Positions 26,675 through 39,040 of a DNA stretch of 64,000 nt are shown here, in pieces. The translations under genes were made by a program, and so were the position numbers. The notes below the pieces were generated by a model. It saw only the letters and a list, made by a program, of their open reading frames with translations, searched no databases and had not been told where the DNA came from. The DNA is from Macrostomum hystrix (lineage: Eukaryota > Animalia > Platyhelminthes): positions 6,758,001 to 6,822,000 of the forward strand of contig CATNEN010000039.1 in the NCBI GenBank assembly GCA_950097015.1. Reading direction: 5' to 3'. Position 1 is the stretch's first letter; each line of letters starts with the position of its first letter.

Positions 26675-27048
26675 GTGACCGGCCCGCAGCCGAAGAGTGG
26701 GCGAAATTCCTGCACACTAAGGGCAAAGTCTACACCGACTTTGATGACATTCGCGAAGAGATCGCCCGCGAAACCGATCGAATCGCCGGTGCTGGCAAAT
26801 GCGTCAGCGTCGATCCCATCAACCTGAAGATTTTTTCGCCCCACGTTGTCAGCCTGACTCTGGTCGATCTGCCCGGAATCACCAAAGTCCCGGTTGCTGA
26901 TCAGCCTGAGGATATTGAAGTGCAAATCCGAGCTCTGTGCATTGAGTACATCAAGAATCCGAATTCCATCATATTGGCTGTCACACCCGCCAACACTGAC
27001 ATGGCCACGTCTGAGGCTATTAAGCTGGCTAAAGAGGTCGATCCCCAG
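26675..27048 (+). CDS. DNM1L: DRP1 exon 3 ([14 protein letters not shown]; G3)
   Basis: DLPG motif; GT-AG sites. Confidence 0.97.
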
Positions 27049-27228
27049 GTATGCGGACCGGGTTCAGTGTTTTCTATCTTTAACAGAAGAACTACCGAGC
27101 TATTTTGCCGCTAACAGCGTTATGTCGTGACTGATTGGTTGACAGACTAGGCGAGGGTGTCCTGTGGTTGAGCTGCGCCAAATATTTAGGCTTGATCAGT
27201 GAAATTAGAGAAATTTGCGTCAGTTCGC

Positions 27229-27348
27229 GTTAGGGCGTCGGACTCACGACTTGAAGGTCCGGGGTTCTATTCTCAACTCCATTGGAACAATCTGTGTCCT
27301 TTAACCAGACGCTTAACTCTGCATTACTTCAGTTCACCCAGCTGTTAA
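27229..27348 (+). mobile_element. tRNA-derived SINE copy
   Basis: Same head and body as the other copies. Confidence 0.8.
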
Positions 27349-27860
27349 CCTGTACTGTTGTAGCCATTTAAGGTCCAGCAGCTTCTAGATAAAGGAGGTG
27401 ACCATCGAGGTACATTCGGGTGACATGCAGATAAATTTTGAAGGCCTGGCAAGGCCGCACTGAGGCGCAGTGCTAATTCGTGTATTGGGGTATGAAATAC
27501 ACTAGCGCTTATGGGAAAATCAGACCTTCGGCCAGAACCATTGAATATCTCGCCGGTCTGAAGAGCTGGCGACTTGATTCTTTTTTGTTCAGAAGATGCG
27601 CAACAAAAATTTGGCCTATGTTCTTAAGTTTCGTGTGCTTGCATTGCTCCGTTCGGGTGCAGCGGAAAATCTTCAGTGGGGAAATCTCCCCTCAAGAAAT
27701 TTCTACTCTTAGAACAGACAATACTATTTTCCAGGATAGAGGATAGATAAGGTGGAGGCTGGACCCAGTAGTTTGCCATGTTCATGTTCAGTAGTTTGCC
27801 CCTCATCAAACTACTCTACTAATAGTAGCAACCAGAGCATTCGCAACTATTCTATGGCAG

Positions 27861-28013
27861 GGCAAGCGCACCCTGGCTGTCATAACCAAGCTGGACCTGA
27901 TGGACGCTGGCACAGACGCGCACGACCTACTGCTTGGCCGAGTGATCCCAGTCAAGCTGGGCATTATCGGCGTTGTGAACCGCTCCCAGGCGGACATCAA
28001 CAATAAGAAGCTG
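27861..28013 (+). CDS. DNM1L: DRP1 exon 4 ([18 protein letters not shown]; G4)
   Basis: TKLD motif; GT-AG sites. Confidence 0.97.
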
Positions 28014-28074
28014 GTGGGTCCAAATTTATGCAGTTTTTTTACTTCTTTGTGTCTGTTGTGTGCTGAAATTCTCT

Positions 28075-29229
28075 GTGCCATTCATGTTCATTATGTGTCA
28101 TTCATGTTTAGTATGTGCCATTCATGTTCAGTATGTGCCATTCATGTTCAGTATGTGCCATTCATGTTCATTATGTGCCATTCATGTTCATTATGTGCCA
28201 TTCATGTTCAGTATGTGCCATTCATGTTCAGTATGTGCCATTCATGTTCAGTATGCGCCATTCATGTTCAGTATGTGCCATTCATGTTCAGTATGCGCCA
28301 TTCATGTTCAGTATGTGCCATTCGTGGTCAGTATGTGCCATTCATGGTCAGTATGTGCCATTAATGTTCATTATGTGCCATTAATGTTCATTATGTGCCA
28401 TTCATGTTCATTATGTGCCATTCATGTTCAGTATGTGTCATTCATGTTTAGTATGTGCCATTCATGTTCAGTATGTGCCATTCATGTTCAGTATGTGCCA
28501 TTCATGTTCATTATGTGCCATTCATGTTCAGTATGTGCCATTCATGTTAAGTATGTGCCATTCATGTTCAGTATGTGCCATTCATGTTCATTATGTGCCA
28601 TTCATGTTCATTATGTGCCATTCATGTTCAGTATGTGCCATTCATGTTCAGTATGTGCCATTCATGTTCAGTATGCGCCATTCATGTTCAGTATGCGCCA
28701 TTCATGTTCAGTATGTGCCATTCGTGGTCAGTATGTGCCATTCGTGGTCAGTATGTGCCATTCATGGTCAGTATGTGCCATTAATGTTCATTATGTGCCA
28801 TTCATGTTCATTATGTGCCATTCATGTTCATTATGTGCCATTCATGTTCAGTATGTGTCATTCATGTTTAGTATGTGCCATTCATGTTCAGTATGTGCCA
28901 TTCATGTTCAGTATGTGCCATTCATGTTCATTATGTGCCATTTATGTTAAGTATGTGCCATTCATGTTCAGTATGTGCCATTCATGTTCAGTATGTGCCA
29001 TTCATGGTCAGTATGTGCCATTCATGTTCAGTATGCGCCATTCATGCTCAAATTGTGCCATTCATTTTCAGTATGTACCATTCATCCTCAATGTGTGTCA
29101 TTCATGGTCAGTATGTGCCATTCATATTCAGTATGTGCCATTCATGTTCAGTATGTGCCATTCATGTTCAGTATGTACCATTCATGTTCAGTATGTGCCA
29201 TTAATGGTCAGTATGTGCCATTCATGTTC
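28075..29229 (+). repeat. 20-bp intronic minisatellite (TTCATGTTCAGTATGTGCCA)n
   Basis: Direct. Confidence 0.95.
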
Positions 29230-29272
29230 CCAATCCACACAGCCTGCTCCTCACTTCCATCCCGGCCCTCAG

Positions 29273-29656
29273 GTGAAGGACGCCGTTCGTGACGAGTCGT
29301 CATTTCTTCAGCGCCGCTACCCGTCCCTGGCCAGCCGCAATGGCACTCCGTTTCTGGCGCGCACCCTCAATCGCCTGCTGATGCATCACATCCGCGACTG
29401 CCTGCCAGAGCTGAAGACTCGCGTCAACGTGATGGCCGCTCAGCATCAGGCACTGTTGAACTCATTCGGCGAGGAAGTGGCGGACAAGGGCCACCTGCTG
29501 CTGCAGATTATCACTAGATTCGCTAGCGCCTACTGCTCAACTATTGACGGCGTTTCTAAGAATATTGAAATCGCTGAACTATGCGGCGGCGCCAGGGTCA
29601 GCTACATCTTCCACGAGACTTTCTACCGCACTCTGAGCAAGATCGATCCCATGCAG
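29273..29656 (+). CDS. DNM1L: DRP1 exon 5 ([30 protein letters not shown])
   Basis: Conserved; GT-AG sites. Confidence 0.97.
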
Positions 29657-29679
29657 GTAAGTAGTTTAGTAATTTACCG

Positions 29680-30730
29680 ATGGTCATAGAAACTATAGTT
29701 TGGTCATGGAATCTAGATCATAGTTTGGTCATAGGATCTAGAATATAGCTTGGTCAAAGGATCTATATTATAGTTTGGTCATGGAATCTAGATCATAGTT
29801 TGGTCACATGATCTAGATCATAGTTTGGTCATAGAATCTAGATCAGGGGTCGGCAAACTCCGGCCCGCGGGCCAGATGCGGCCATCGAAGCTCCCAAATC
29901 CGGCCCGTTGCCCCTTCTGACATCTACAGTGTCCTGTTTCATCTCTCTCGTGTCTCATCTCTCCCGTGTCTAATCTCTCCTGTGTCTCATCGCTCTCGTG
30001 TCTCATCTCTCCCGTGTCTCATCTCTCCTGCGTTTCATCTCTCTCGTGTCTCATCTCTCCCGTGTCTAATCTCTCTTGTGTCTCATCTCTCCCGTGTCTA
30101 ACCTCTCCTGTGTCTCATCTCTCCCGTGTCTAACCTCTCCTGTGTCTCATCTCTCCCGTGTCTAATCTCTCCCGTGTCTCATCTCTCCCCTATCTCATAT
30201 TTATACAGTCAATGCGGCCCGCTGTCGTCTTTTAGGTTCTCTCTTTGGCCCGCCAGCAAATAAGTTTGCCTACCCCTGATCTAGATCATAGTTTTGTCAT
30301 GGAATATAGATCATAGTTTGGTCATATGATCTAAATTATAGCTAGGTCATAGGATCTAGAATATAGCTTGGTCAAAGGATCTATATTATAGTTTGCTCAT
30401 GGAATCTAGATTATAGTTTGGTCATGGAATCTAGATCATAGTTTGGTCATGGAATCTAGATCATAGTTTGGTCATGGAATCTAGATCATAGTTTGGTCAT
30501 GGAATCTAGATCATAGTTTGGTCATGGAATCTAGATTATAGTTTGGTCATGGAATCTAGATCATAGTTTGGTCATAGGATCAAGAATTTAGTTTGGTCAT
30601 AGAATCTAGATTATAGTTAGGTCATAGGATCTAGATTATAGTTTGGTCATAGGATCTAGATCATAGTTTGGTCATGGGATCTAGATTATAGCTTGGTCAT
30701 AGGATCTAGATCATAGTTTGGTCATAGGAT
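29680..30730 (+). repeat. 25-bp intronic minisatellite (GTCATGGAATCTAGATCATAGTTTG)n, interrupted by a hAT MITE
   Basis: Direct. Confidence 0.92.
29844..30278 (+). mobile_element. Non-autonomous hAT (Charlie/Buster-like) MITE, 435 bp, with internal 16-bp tandem repeat
   Basis: TIRs CAGGGGTCGGCAAACT and AGTTTGCCTACCCCTG (15/16); perfect 8-bp TSD ATCTAGAT (29836-29843, 30279-30286); GGCCCG subterminal motifs. Confidence 0.92.
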
Positions 30731-30789
30731 CGTCGTGAATTTCACAATTCGTCTTCACTCTCGAGTCCCTCGACCCGGCCGCATCTCAG

Positions 30790-31275
30790 GGCTTGACAAC
30801 TTTGGAAATCCTGACGGCTATCCGCAATTCAACGGGCCCACGGCCGGCGCTATTTGTGCCCGAGATCAGCTTCGAGCTGCTGGTTAAGCGCCAGATTAAA
30901 CGCCTAGAAGAGCCGTGCCTGCGGTGCGTGGAACTCGTTCACGAAGAGCTGCAAAGGATTATTCAGCACTGCAGCTCGCAACAGGAGATGCTGCGCTTTC
31001 CTAAGCTGTACGAGCGCATCATGGATGTTGTGACGTCACTGCTGCGCACTCGACTCGGCCCCACTAACAGCATGGTGCAGAATCTGGTGGCTGTCGAGTT
31101 GGCCTACATCAATACCCGCCATCCGGATTTTACGGAGGCCGCCAATTTGCACAAATCAATCTCGGAGAGCCTGCTATTGGATCACGGACCGGGCAAAGAT
31201 GGCCTGCAGCAGACTCCGGTTCATTCGACTGGCTCGTCCGCTTCCATGGCAACCGTTACTAATGGGGCGCCTTCG
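30790..31275 (+). CDS. DNM1L: DRP1 exon 6 (middle domain: [37 protein letters not shown])
   Basis: Conserved; GT-AG sites. Confidence 0.97.
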
Positions 31276-31299
31276 GTGAGTTTCACTTGGATTTTGCTA

Positions 31300-33130
31300 T
31301 TAGAAACTAACGGCGATCCACTTGTGGGACTAGGATGGGAAACGGCGACCCGCTTGTGGGACTAGCATGGGAAACGGCGACCCGCTTGTGGGACTAGCAT
31401 GGGAAACGGCGACCCGCTTGTGGGACTAGGATTAGAAATGGCGATCCACTTGTGGGACTAGGATTAGAAATGGCGATCCACTTGTGGGACTAGGATTAGA
31501 AACAGCCATCCACTTGTGAGACTAGGATTAGAAACAGCCATCCACTTGTGAGACTAGGATTAGAAACAGCCATCCACTTGTGAGACTAGGATTAGAAACA
31601 GCCATCCACTTGTGAGACTAGGATTAGAAACAGCCATCCACTTGTGAGACTAGGATTAGAAACAGCCATCCACTTGTGGGACTAGGATTAGAAACAGCCA
31701 TCCACTTGTGGGACTAGGATTAGAAACAGCCATCCACTTGTGGGACTAGGATTAGAAACAGCCATCCACTTGTGGGACTAGGATTAGAAACAGCCATCCA
31801 CTTGTGAGACTAGGATTAGAAACAGCCATCCACTTGTGGGGCTAGGATTAGAAACAGCCATCCACTTGTGAGACTAGGATTAGAAACAGCCATCCACTTG
31901 TGAGACTAGGATTAGAAACAGCCATCCACTTGTGAGACTAGGATTAGAAACAGCCATCCACTTGTGAGACTAGGATTAGAAACAGCCATCCACTTGTGGG
32001 ACTAGGATTAGAAACAGCCATCCACTTGTGGGACTAGGATTAGAAACAGCCATCCACTTGTGAGACTAGGATTAGAAACAGCCATCCACTTGTGGGACTA
32101 GGATTAGAAACAGCCATCCACTTGTGGGACTAGGATTAGAAACAGCCATCCACTTGTGGGACTAGGATTAGAAACAGCCATCCACTTGTGAGACTAGGAT
32201 TAGAAACAGCCATCCACTTGTGGGACTAGGATTAGAAACAGCCATCCACTTGTGAGACTAGGATTAGAAACAGCCATCCACTTGTGGGACTAGGATTAGA
32301 AACAGCCATCCACTTGTGAGACTAGGATTAGAAACAGCCATCCACTTGTGGGACTAGGATTAGAAACAGCCATCCACTTGTGAGACTAGGATTAGAAACA
32401 GCCATCCACTTGTGGGACTAGGATTAGAAACAGCCATCCACTTGTGGGACTAGGATTAGAAACAGCCATCCACTTGTGGGACTAGGATTAGAAACAGCCA
32501 TCCACTTGTGGGACTAAGATTAGAAACAGCCATCCACTTGTGAGACTAGGATTAGAAACAGCCATCCACTTGTGAGACTAGGATTAGAAACAGCCATCCA
32601 CTTGTGAGACTAGGATTAGAAACAGCCATCCACTTGTGAGACTAGGATTAGAAACAGCCATCCACTTGTGGGACTAGGATTAGAAACAGCCATCCACTTG
32701 TGGGACTAGGATTAGAAACAGCCATCCACTTGTGAGACTAGGATTAGAAACAGCCATCCACTTGTGAGACTAGGATTAGAAACAGCCATCCACTTGTGAG
32801 ACTAGGATTAGAAACAGCCATCCACTTGTGAGACTAGGATTAGAAACAGCCATCCACTTGTGGGACTAGGATTAGAAACAGCCATCCACTTGTGAGACTA
32901 GGATTAGAAACAGCCATCCACTTGTGAGACTAGGATTAGAAACAGCCATCCACTTGTGAGACTAGGATTAGAAACAGCCATCCACTTGTGAGACTAGGAT
33001 TAGAAACAGCCATCCACTTGTGGGACTAGGATTAGAAACAGCCATCCACTTGTGAGACTAGGATTAGAAACAGCCATCCACTTGTGGGACTAGGATTAGA
33101 AACAGCCATCCACTTGTGAGACTAGGATGG
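31300..33130 (+). repeat. 32-bp intronic minisatellite (ACTAGGATTAGAAACAGCCATCCACTTGTGRG)n
   Basis: Direct; essentially one polymorphic site (G/A). Confidence 0.95.
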
Positions 33131-33187
33131 GACACTTCGACCTGCAAAACATCGCAAGCTTTCACGTCTCCCAACTATTTTGAACAG

Positions 33188-33511
33188 TTCGCCGGCGATG
33201 AAGCACCTGGCTTGAATTTACTCGGCGACATTCCATCCAACCTGACCAGCGCCACATTGCGTCTGTCGGCTCGCGAGAAGCGCGACTGCAGCATCATAGA
33301 GCGCCTAATCAAATCGTATTTTCTAATTGTGCGCAAAAACATTCAGGACAGTGTGCCCAAGGCTATTATGCACTTTCTAGTTAACTACGCCAAGGACAAC
33401 CTACAGTCCGAGCTGGTCTCCAAGCTCTACAAGAGCGAACAGGTGGACGCCCTGCTGCAGGAGAGTGAGCACATTGCTCAGAGTAGGCAGGAGGCGGCCG
33501 ACATGCTGGCT
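33188..33511 (+). CDS. DNM1L: DRP1 exon 7 (GED: [41 protein letters not shown])
   Basis: Conserved GED; GT-AG sites. Confidence 0.97.
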
Positions 33512-33718
33512 GTGAGTACTATTGTCCAAATCTTCAGTAGAGTTGTTTATGCTGATATGCATCAGGAGGCGACCCTGAAATAGCTTACGGCACGGATAGT
33601 TTTTTCCAAGTTGAGTGAATTGCTGAGCTTGCGCCCAGAACTGAAGTTTAGTCTGTGTGGCTACTTCAATGTATGACAATTTTATAGCCTCTGATATGCT
33701 TGAATTCTCATTTCACAG

Positions 33719-33775
33719 GCCCTCCAACGCGCCAGCCTCATCATATCGGAGATTCGCGAGACTCAGCTCTGGTAA
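33719..33775 (+). CDS. DNM1L: DRP1 exon 8 (ALQRASLIISEIRETQLW*)
   Basis: Matches the DRP1 C-terminus EIRETHLW; TTTCACAG acceptor. Confidence 0.95.
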   Translation, partial: ALQRASLIISEIRETQLW

Positions 33776-34084
33776 TGCTGAAAGCATGTTTCACTATGGT
33801 CTGCAACAGAATCAAAGATTTCAAGATCTTTCGCTTTTCTTGGCCTGCACACAATTAAACTGAAAGAATGAAAACGAGAAATGAACTTATCTGCCCTTTC
33901 AAAACTTTCGCCTCGCTGCAAGAAATATTTATCTTTGCGTGTGCGTCACTGTACTTATTAGGGCTTAGTTTTTAGAAGACATGTACGTTTCAAAAATAAT
34001 TTCGCATAAGTTAAAGCAACAATGCTCCTTCTAAAACTTCCTAAACTTTTTAATCCCTTGACGACTTTATTTTATTGTTTAAGC

Positions 34085-34875
34085 CCTATGGAATCCCTGA
34101 CGATAACGTACCTTAATCATTTGGGGGAATCCTTTGACGACTACGTACTATTATAGTCCAGGGAATCCCTTGACGACAACGTACTTTAATCGCTTAGGGA
34201 ATTCCCTGACGACAAAGTACTTTCATCATTTGGGGGGAATCCCTTGACGACTACGTACTGTTATAGTCTAGGGAATCCCTTGACGACAGTGTACTTGAAT
34301 TTTTGGGGAATCCCTTGACGACTACGTACTTTAATCGTTTAGGGGAATTTCTGACGACAACGTACTTTAATCGCTTAGGGAGTTCCATGACGACAAAGTA
34401 CTTTAATTATTTGGGGGAATCCCATGAAGACAACGTACTTTAATCGCTTAGGGAATTCCCTGACGACAAAGTACTTTCATCATTTGGGGGGAATCCCTTG
34501 ACGACTACGTACTGTTATAGTCTAGGGAATCCCTTGACGACAGTGTACTTGAATTTTTGGGGAATCCCTTGACGACTACGTACTTTAATCGTTTAGGGGA
34601 ATTTCTGACGACAACGTACTTTAATCGCTTAGGGAGTTCCATGACGACAAAGTACTTTAATCATTTGGGGGAATCCCTTGACGACAACGTACTTTAATCG
34701 CTTAGGGAATTCCCTGACGACAAAGTACTTTCATCATTTGGGGGGAATCCCTTGACGACTACGTACTGTTATAGTCTAGGGAATCCCTTGACGACTACGT
34801 ACTTTAATCGTTTAGGGAGTTCCATGACGACAAAGTACTTTAATCATTTGGGGGAATCCCTTGACGACAACGTGC
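34085..34875 (+). repeat. ~36-bp minisatellite organised as a 254-bp (7-monomer) higher-order repeat
   Basis: Core GGGAATCCCTTGACGACWACGTACT; the variant ATTCCCTGACGACAAAGTACTTTCATC recurs at 34201, 34455 and 34709. Confidence 0.85.
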
Positions 34876-35374
34876 TCTAACAGTCAAAGAAAGTCATCCG
34901 ATATAGAACGAAGTCATTTTTTAACACGTATACATAAATGAAAAGTGTTTTTACTTCCCGAGTTTATGCGGAATTATTATATTCATTGTCCATACAGAAT
35001 TTAAATTATTCATATAAAGTTATTCTTTACTAAATGTATCACTTAATTATTTGCTACTGGCGGTTGCTGCTATTAGTTAGTATAAATTATTTGGAATTAG
35101 TAATATATATTCTGCTGCTGCCTGTTTCTACTGGCAATACGATTTCGCACCTCCCATTGTCCTACACATTAGTTATAGGCTCCATCATAAAAAAATTATT
35201 TGTTTGCCTCGCAGTGTAAACACAGTTTTTTACTTTTATGCTAATTTTCTAATGTTTTTACAGTATGAATTGTTATATTAAAGTGCAAAACCATCAGTTG
35301 TACTAGAAGTAGAGTATGTAGCAAGGTTATTTTAAACAACGAACTGGCTTAGACCGGTCGGTGAATATATATGC

Positions 35375-35602
35375 GTGCGGGCCACGGAGAGAACCTAAAA
35401 GACGACATCAGGCCGCATTAACTGTAGGAATATGAGAACGGGGAGAGATAAGACAGGATAGATGAGACAGAGAAGAGATAAGACGTGAGGGATGAGACCA
35501 AAGAGAGACAAGACTCCATATCCAGATTAGTGAGTGAGAGATGAGACTTGGGAAAGAAGATACAGGATACTATAGGTGTTGGAAGGGGCAACGGGCCAGA
35601 TT
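35375..35602 (-). mobile_element. Decayed copy of the 29844-30278 hAT MITE (TIRs lost)
   Basis: GCGGGCCA..GAGAGAACCTAAAAGACGACA..GGCCGCATT..ACTGTA and GAAGGGGCAACGGGCC are reverse complements of the MITE subterminal regions; degenerate GAGATRAGAC repeats lie between. Confidence 0.8.
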
Positions 35603-36429
35603 AGACGAGCAACAGCAGTTTAATGAAGAAGGCAGAATGTACTCATGTAAATTTACAAAATGTTTAAATTGATGCCTCTGCAGTAGTTCATAATGTGAAT
35701 TGTTATTTTGTTTTTATGTAGAGCGGTAATTAAATAAGTTAGTCGATAGTTTAGTTTAATTATTCCTCATTTTTTGTTTGTTGTGTCTGTCTTCTTGTTT
35801 GCTAACTGTCGCTTTCAAGGCTTTATACTAGTATAAATTATATTTAATAAAATTATTCAACCAAAAATATTTTCTCTTGTTGAGATAAGATCGTCACTTG
35901 ACCATTTAGTTCATAGCTATTATTACTGACCCTACCTAGAATAAATAATACATGGTATTCAATCAATTGTTGGTCATTTCAATGTCACAGTGCATTATAC
36001 AATAATTTTGTCCTCATTTGTCTGACTCGCGAACTGCTGTCTATTTCTGTTTTTATCAATTGTCAATTAAAACAAAGTTGTTTAAATGCTACTGAACTTT
36101 TCTATATCTTTTGTTATTTTGGTTTGTCAAAGCGTAAAATTTCACAAATATAATTTGCGGATATTTGAGTTCTGTCATGGCGCCCGGCATGTAAACCTTT
36201 TTTTAGCTGTAGCCCCGAATCGAATCAAGCTATGTGTTGAGATGCTTTTATTATTTAAACAAAATCTCATTTATTTAACTGGTTGCAAAAAGTTTTTTGT
36301 TGCTGTAGTATAAAGTTAAAATCTAACTTAGCCTATAATAAAAATGCAGCAGTAAAAGCTGAAGCTAGAATCACATCAAGCAACTCTGCTGAAATCAGTA
36401 GGCTCAAACTGTTACACTGTGAGACACGT

Positions 36430-36690
36430 ATGAGTTAGAAGCATGCCTTGGCGGCGAATATCTAAGACAGGATGCTTTTGAAGACATCAATCGACAGCAC
36501 GCCGACGCAGGAGTTATGCTTTGGGGCTGTTTCTACTCGTAGTTCCAGATATTCTGAAGCTTCAATGCATCTTCACTACAAAAGATCTTAAAATACAGTT
36601 AAAAATGTTCTTTGTCGGCGCGTATTGTGCTGAAAAGGCAGGACTTAATTTTTTTCTGGAACAATTGATCCAGCATAAATTTTGGCGGAG
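36430..36690 (+). mobile_element. Possible highly decayed Tc1-family transposase fragment
   Basis: Translated pieces QHADAGVMLWGCF (cf. KHGGGSVMVWGCF), NASSLQKIL and GLNFF..DPA occur in Tc1 order, broken by stops and frameshifts. Confidence 0.45.
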
Positions 36691-36775
36691 AAAGGCATGG
36701 CCGACACGCGAATATTTCATTCCGTTGAGCAAAGAACTAAAACAGTTAAATAGCTGCGCGTCATAACTAACGAGT

Positions 36776-38462
36776 ATGTGGCCGCAGTTAACCGCAAAGC
36801 TATGCTGGCTCACTTGACTTACTTGACTTAGCTGCAGGGTGGTCCATGGACGCAGCGGGGAGGCGAGGATCGCCCATACCGCTAACCCCTGTAGGCCCGC
36901 AGACAGGCAAGGGCGCGGGGCCGGTCAGGGTGGTCCGCCGGTCCGTCCTGCAGCGTTGTCTTCCGTAGGGAAGAACGTGGCTCGTCTTGTTGCCCGGAGG
37001 AACTGGACGAGCCGTGGAATGCTGTCGGGCTGGCAGATCTCGTCCATAGACGGGTTGGGCCCGAGGTAGCGTAGCCGGTCTCTGTTAAAGAAAGGGCAGT
37101 GACACACAAAGTGCTCAGCATCTTCGTTGTCGTACTCACAGAATGGGCAGAGTTCACTCTCAAGGTCGCCCCGGAGGAAACAGTGCCTAGCGAGGTAGCT
37201 GTGGCCCGTGAGGGTCATGGCGAGGGCGCGGATATCCTTCCGGTTTTGGTTCAAAAGGATGTTCCTAAGCCTGCGAGACGCGCGCGGAACTGTGGCACGG
37301 GATTGCCGACAGTTCTGGGTGCCCGCCCATCTGTCCCTGTGGAGGGACTCAGCCCAGTCATCAATGAGGCGGTTGATGACCGTGATGGGGATCGGGACCA
37401 GGGCCCAGGAGAGAGCCAGAGCCACCTTGCTTGGCTGGGTATCCGCTAGCTCGTTCCCTGGGAACCCCGCATGCTGGCTCACACTAATAATCTGGCTGCT
37501 ATGCAACTACAGACTAGGGGCCGCGCTGCCATCGGAAAGGAGGTACATGAGGGTGATGCAGGCGGCGTGCATGCCCGAGTCCTTGTCGAAATGGCAGCTG
37601 CCTCAACCTTCGGCATCCATGTTCGACTGCATTGTGACAAGCGAATCCTTCAGCCTGCAAAGCGTCGGCGTGGTGCAACGGAACCGAGGAAGCGCTTCGT
37701 GCACGCTGTTCCAGATTAAGCAGGTGTGTCAGCTGCTTAGTCTCACTAACCCGGGCTCTACATCGACTGGTGCTGGAGTTGCCGTCTGTGACATATCGGT
37801 AAATTCTGCCTACGACGCCATCGCAGCTAGCCAGTACTTTAGCGCCGTGTGGACCGCGGATCGTGGACCGTCCCTGGAGAACCTCGTGTGCGGCTCCAAT
37901 GGACAAATGAATCACATAAAGGACAACGGTCTGGACAAGCGAGGGCGCCGTCATGAACGGAGCCACATCTGAGATATGGATTGACAACTCCACTGGCCTG
38001 GACTTCACTGGTTCCTACACATTGCTGCTGCACCTCAAGAGAACACCGAAATCCAACTGTCTCATCGATATGACACCTTGCAATAGCATTCAATTCAAGG
38101 CTGACACTGGCTATCAATTCTGGGAATTCAGCGGCGTCAATCGCTCACTCTACTTGTTTCCGGGCCAAAAGAGGTACCAAACTGGCCCCGTGCTGCCCAA
38201 AAGTTCGCAGCAGTTTTTCATCGCCGGAGTGAGCTTCAACAGACCGGCTAGTGAGGCCAGATTTTTCCTGGACACCGACATGCTACCCATCACGGACTAC
38301 AGCACAATAAACAACACTGTCTACAATCAGACTGGCGTGTGCATAAGAGTCGGATTCAGACCGACCACTCCCAATTATCTGAATGGCGCGGACAGGGCTG
38401 TCGCTGTGGCCAACACTTTCCTAAGCGAAGAACAGATTCTGAAGCTGTTCCAGCTGTTCTGA
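36776..38462 (+). pseudogene. Intronless secreted protein gene (signal peptide, Cys-containing PAN/apple-like region, LamG/ConA-like domain), disrupted by a LINE insertion and a frameshift near 37920
   Basis: Removing the insert and one TSD restores MWPQLTAKLCWLTLIIWLLCNYRLGAALPSERR; second frame TTVWTSEGAVMNGATSEIWI..FTGSYTL..IRVG..YLNG..LSEEQILKLF resembles LamG-like domains. Domain calls are by eye. Confidence 0.7.
36814..37470 (-). mobile_element. 5'-truncated non-LTR retrotransposon (RNase H-bearing, LOA/R1/I-group-like), 3' end
   Basis: HAGFPGNELAD (end of RNase H), LTGH, CPFC..EDAEHFVCHCP zinc knuckle; short-repeat tail TAAGTCAAGTAAGTCAA; 12-bp TSD ATGCTGGCTCAC at 36802-36813 and 37471-37482. 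Confidence 0.9.
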
Positions 38463-38724
38463 ATGGACCGATCAACTGAAATAGAGGAATCTCGAATTGA
38501 CTGGCAAACTCGAACAAACGTTTGCGAATTACACACCGCAGCCTGTTTAAATACGATCCGCGATATCTGTTTTCTAAAAAGCGAAAGCAAAAATCACAAA
38601 GCTCTAACAAATAATATTTTTCTTCTTTCGTTACTAGTCTGTCCTCTTCTGTTAGCACAAACTTTTTTGCTACAATGAACTACTCAGCACAGCAGCAGTC
38701 GCTTTGTTGATTTTTATTTTGTTA

Positions 38725-39040
38725 GAATAATAATTAATAATTTAATTAATTAATTACACCTGCCCCAATTAGGCCAGATGTGCAGCCACAGCACAGCCGC
38801 AGCTATTGCGCGGCGCATCTGAAGGCTGCGTACAGCTGTTGAGTCCATGGACTGGGGGGGACGCCACACCCGCCCTAAATTACCCCAGCTAATGCTGGTA
38901 CCCATTTAACAGCTGGGTGAACTGAAGCAAAGTACAGTTAAGTGTCTTACTAAACAATAGAAATTGTTCCAGTGGAGTCGGGAATCGAGCCCCCAACCTT
39001 CAAGTCGTGAGTCCGACACTAACCACTGGGCTACAACCTC
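38725..39040 (-). mobile_element. Near full-length tRNA-derived SINE with AT-rich tail
   Basis: A box TAGCCCAGTGG, B box GGCTCGATTCC, shared body, CAGTCCATGGACT palindrome, (TTA)-like tail. Confidence 0.85.

Noticed and set aside
28060-29292. Cys/His/Met-rich metal-binding-like ORFs
   Set aside because: 20-bp satellite inside DRP1 intron 4; DRP1 splices across it in phase
34085-34875. CRISPR-like repeat/spacer appearance
   Set aside because: Linkers are only ~11 nt and recur periodically; eukaryotic context; no cas genes
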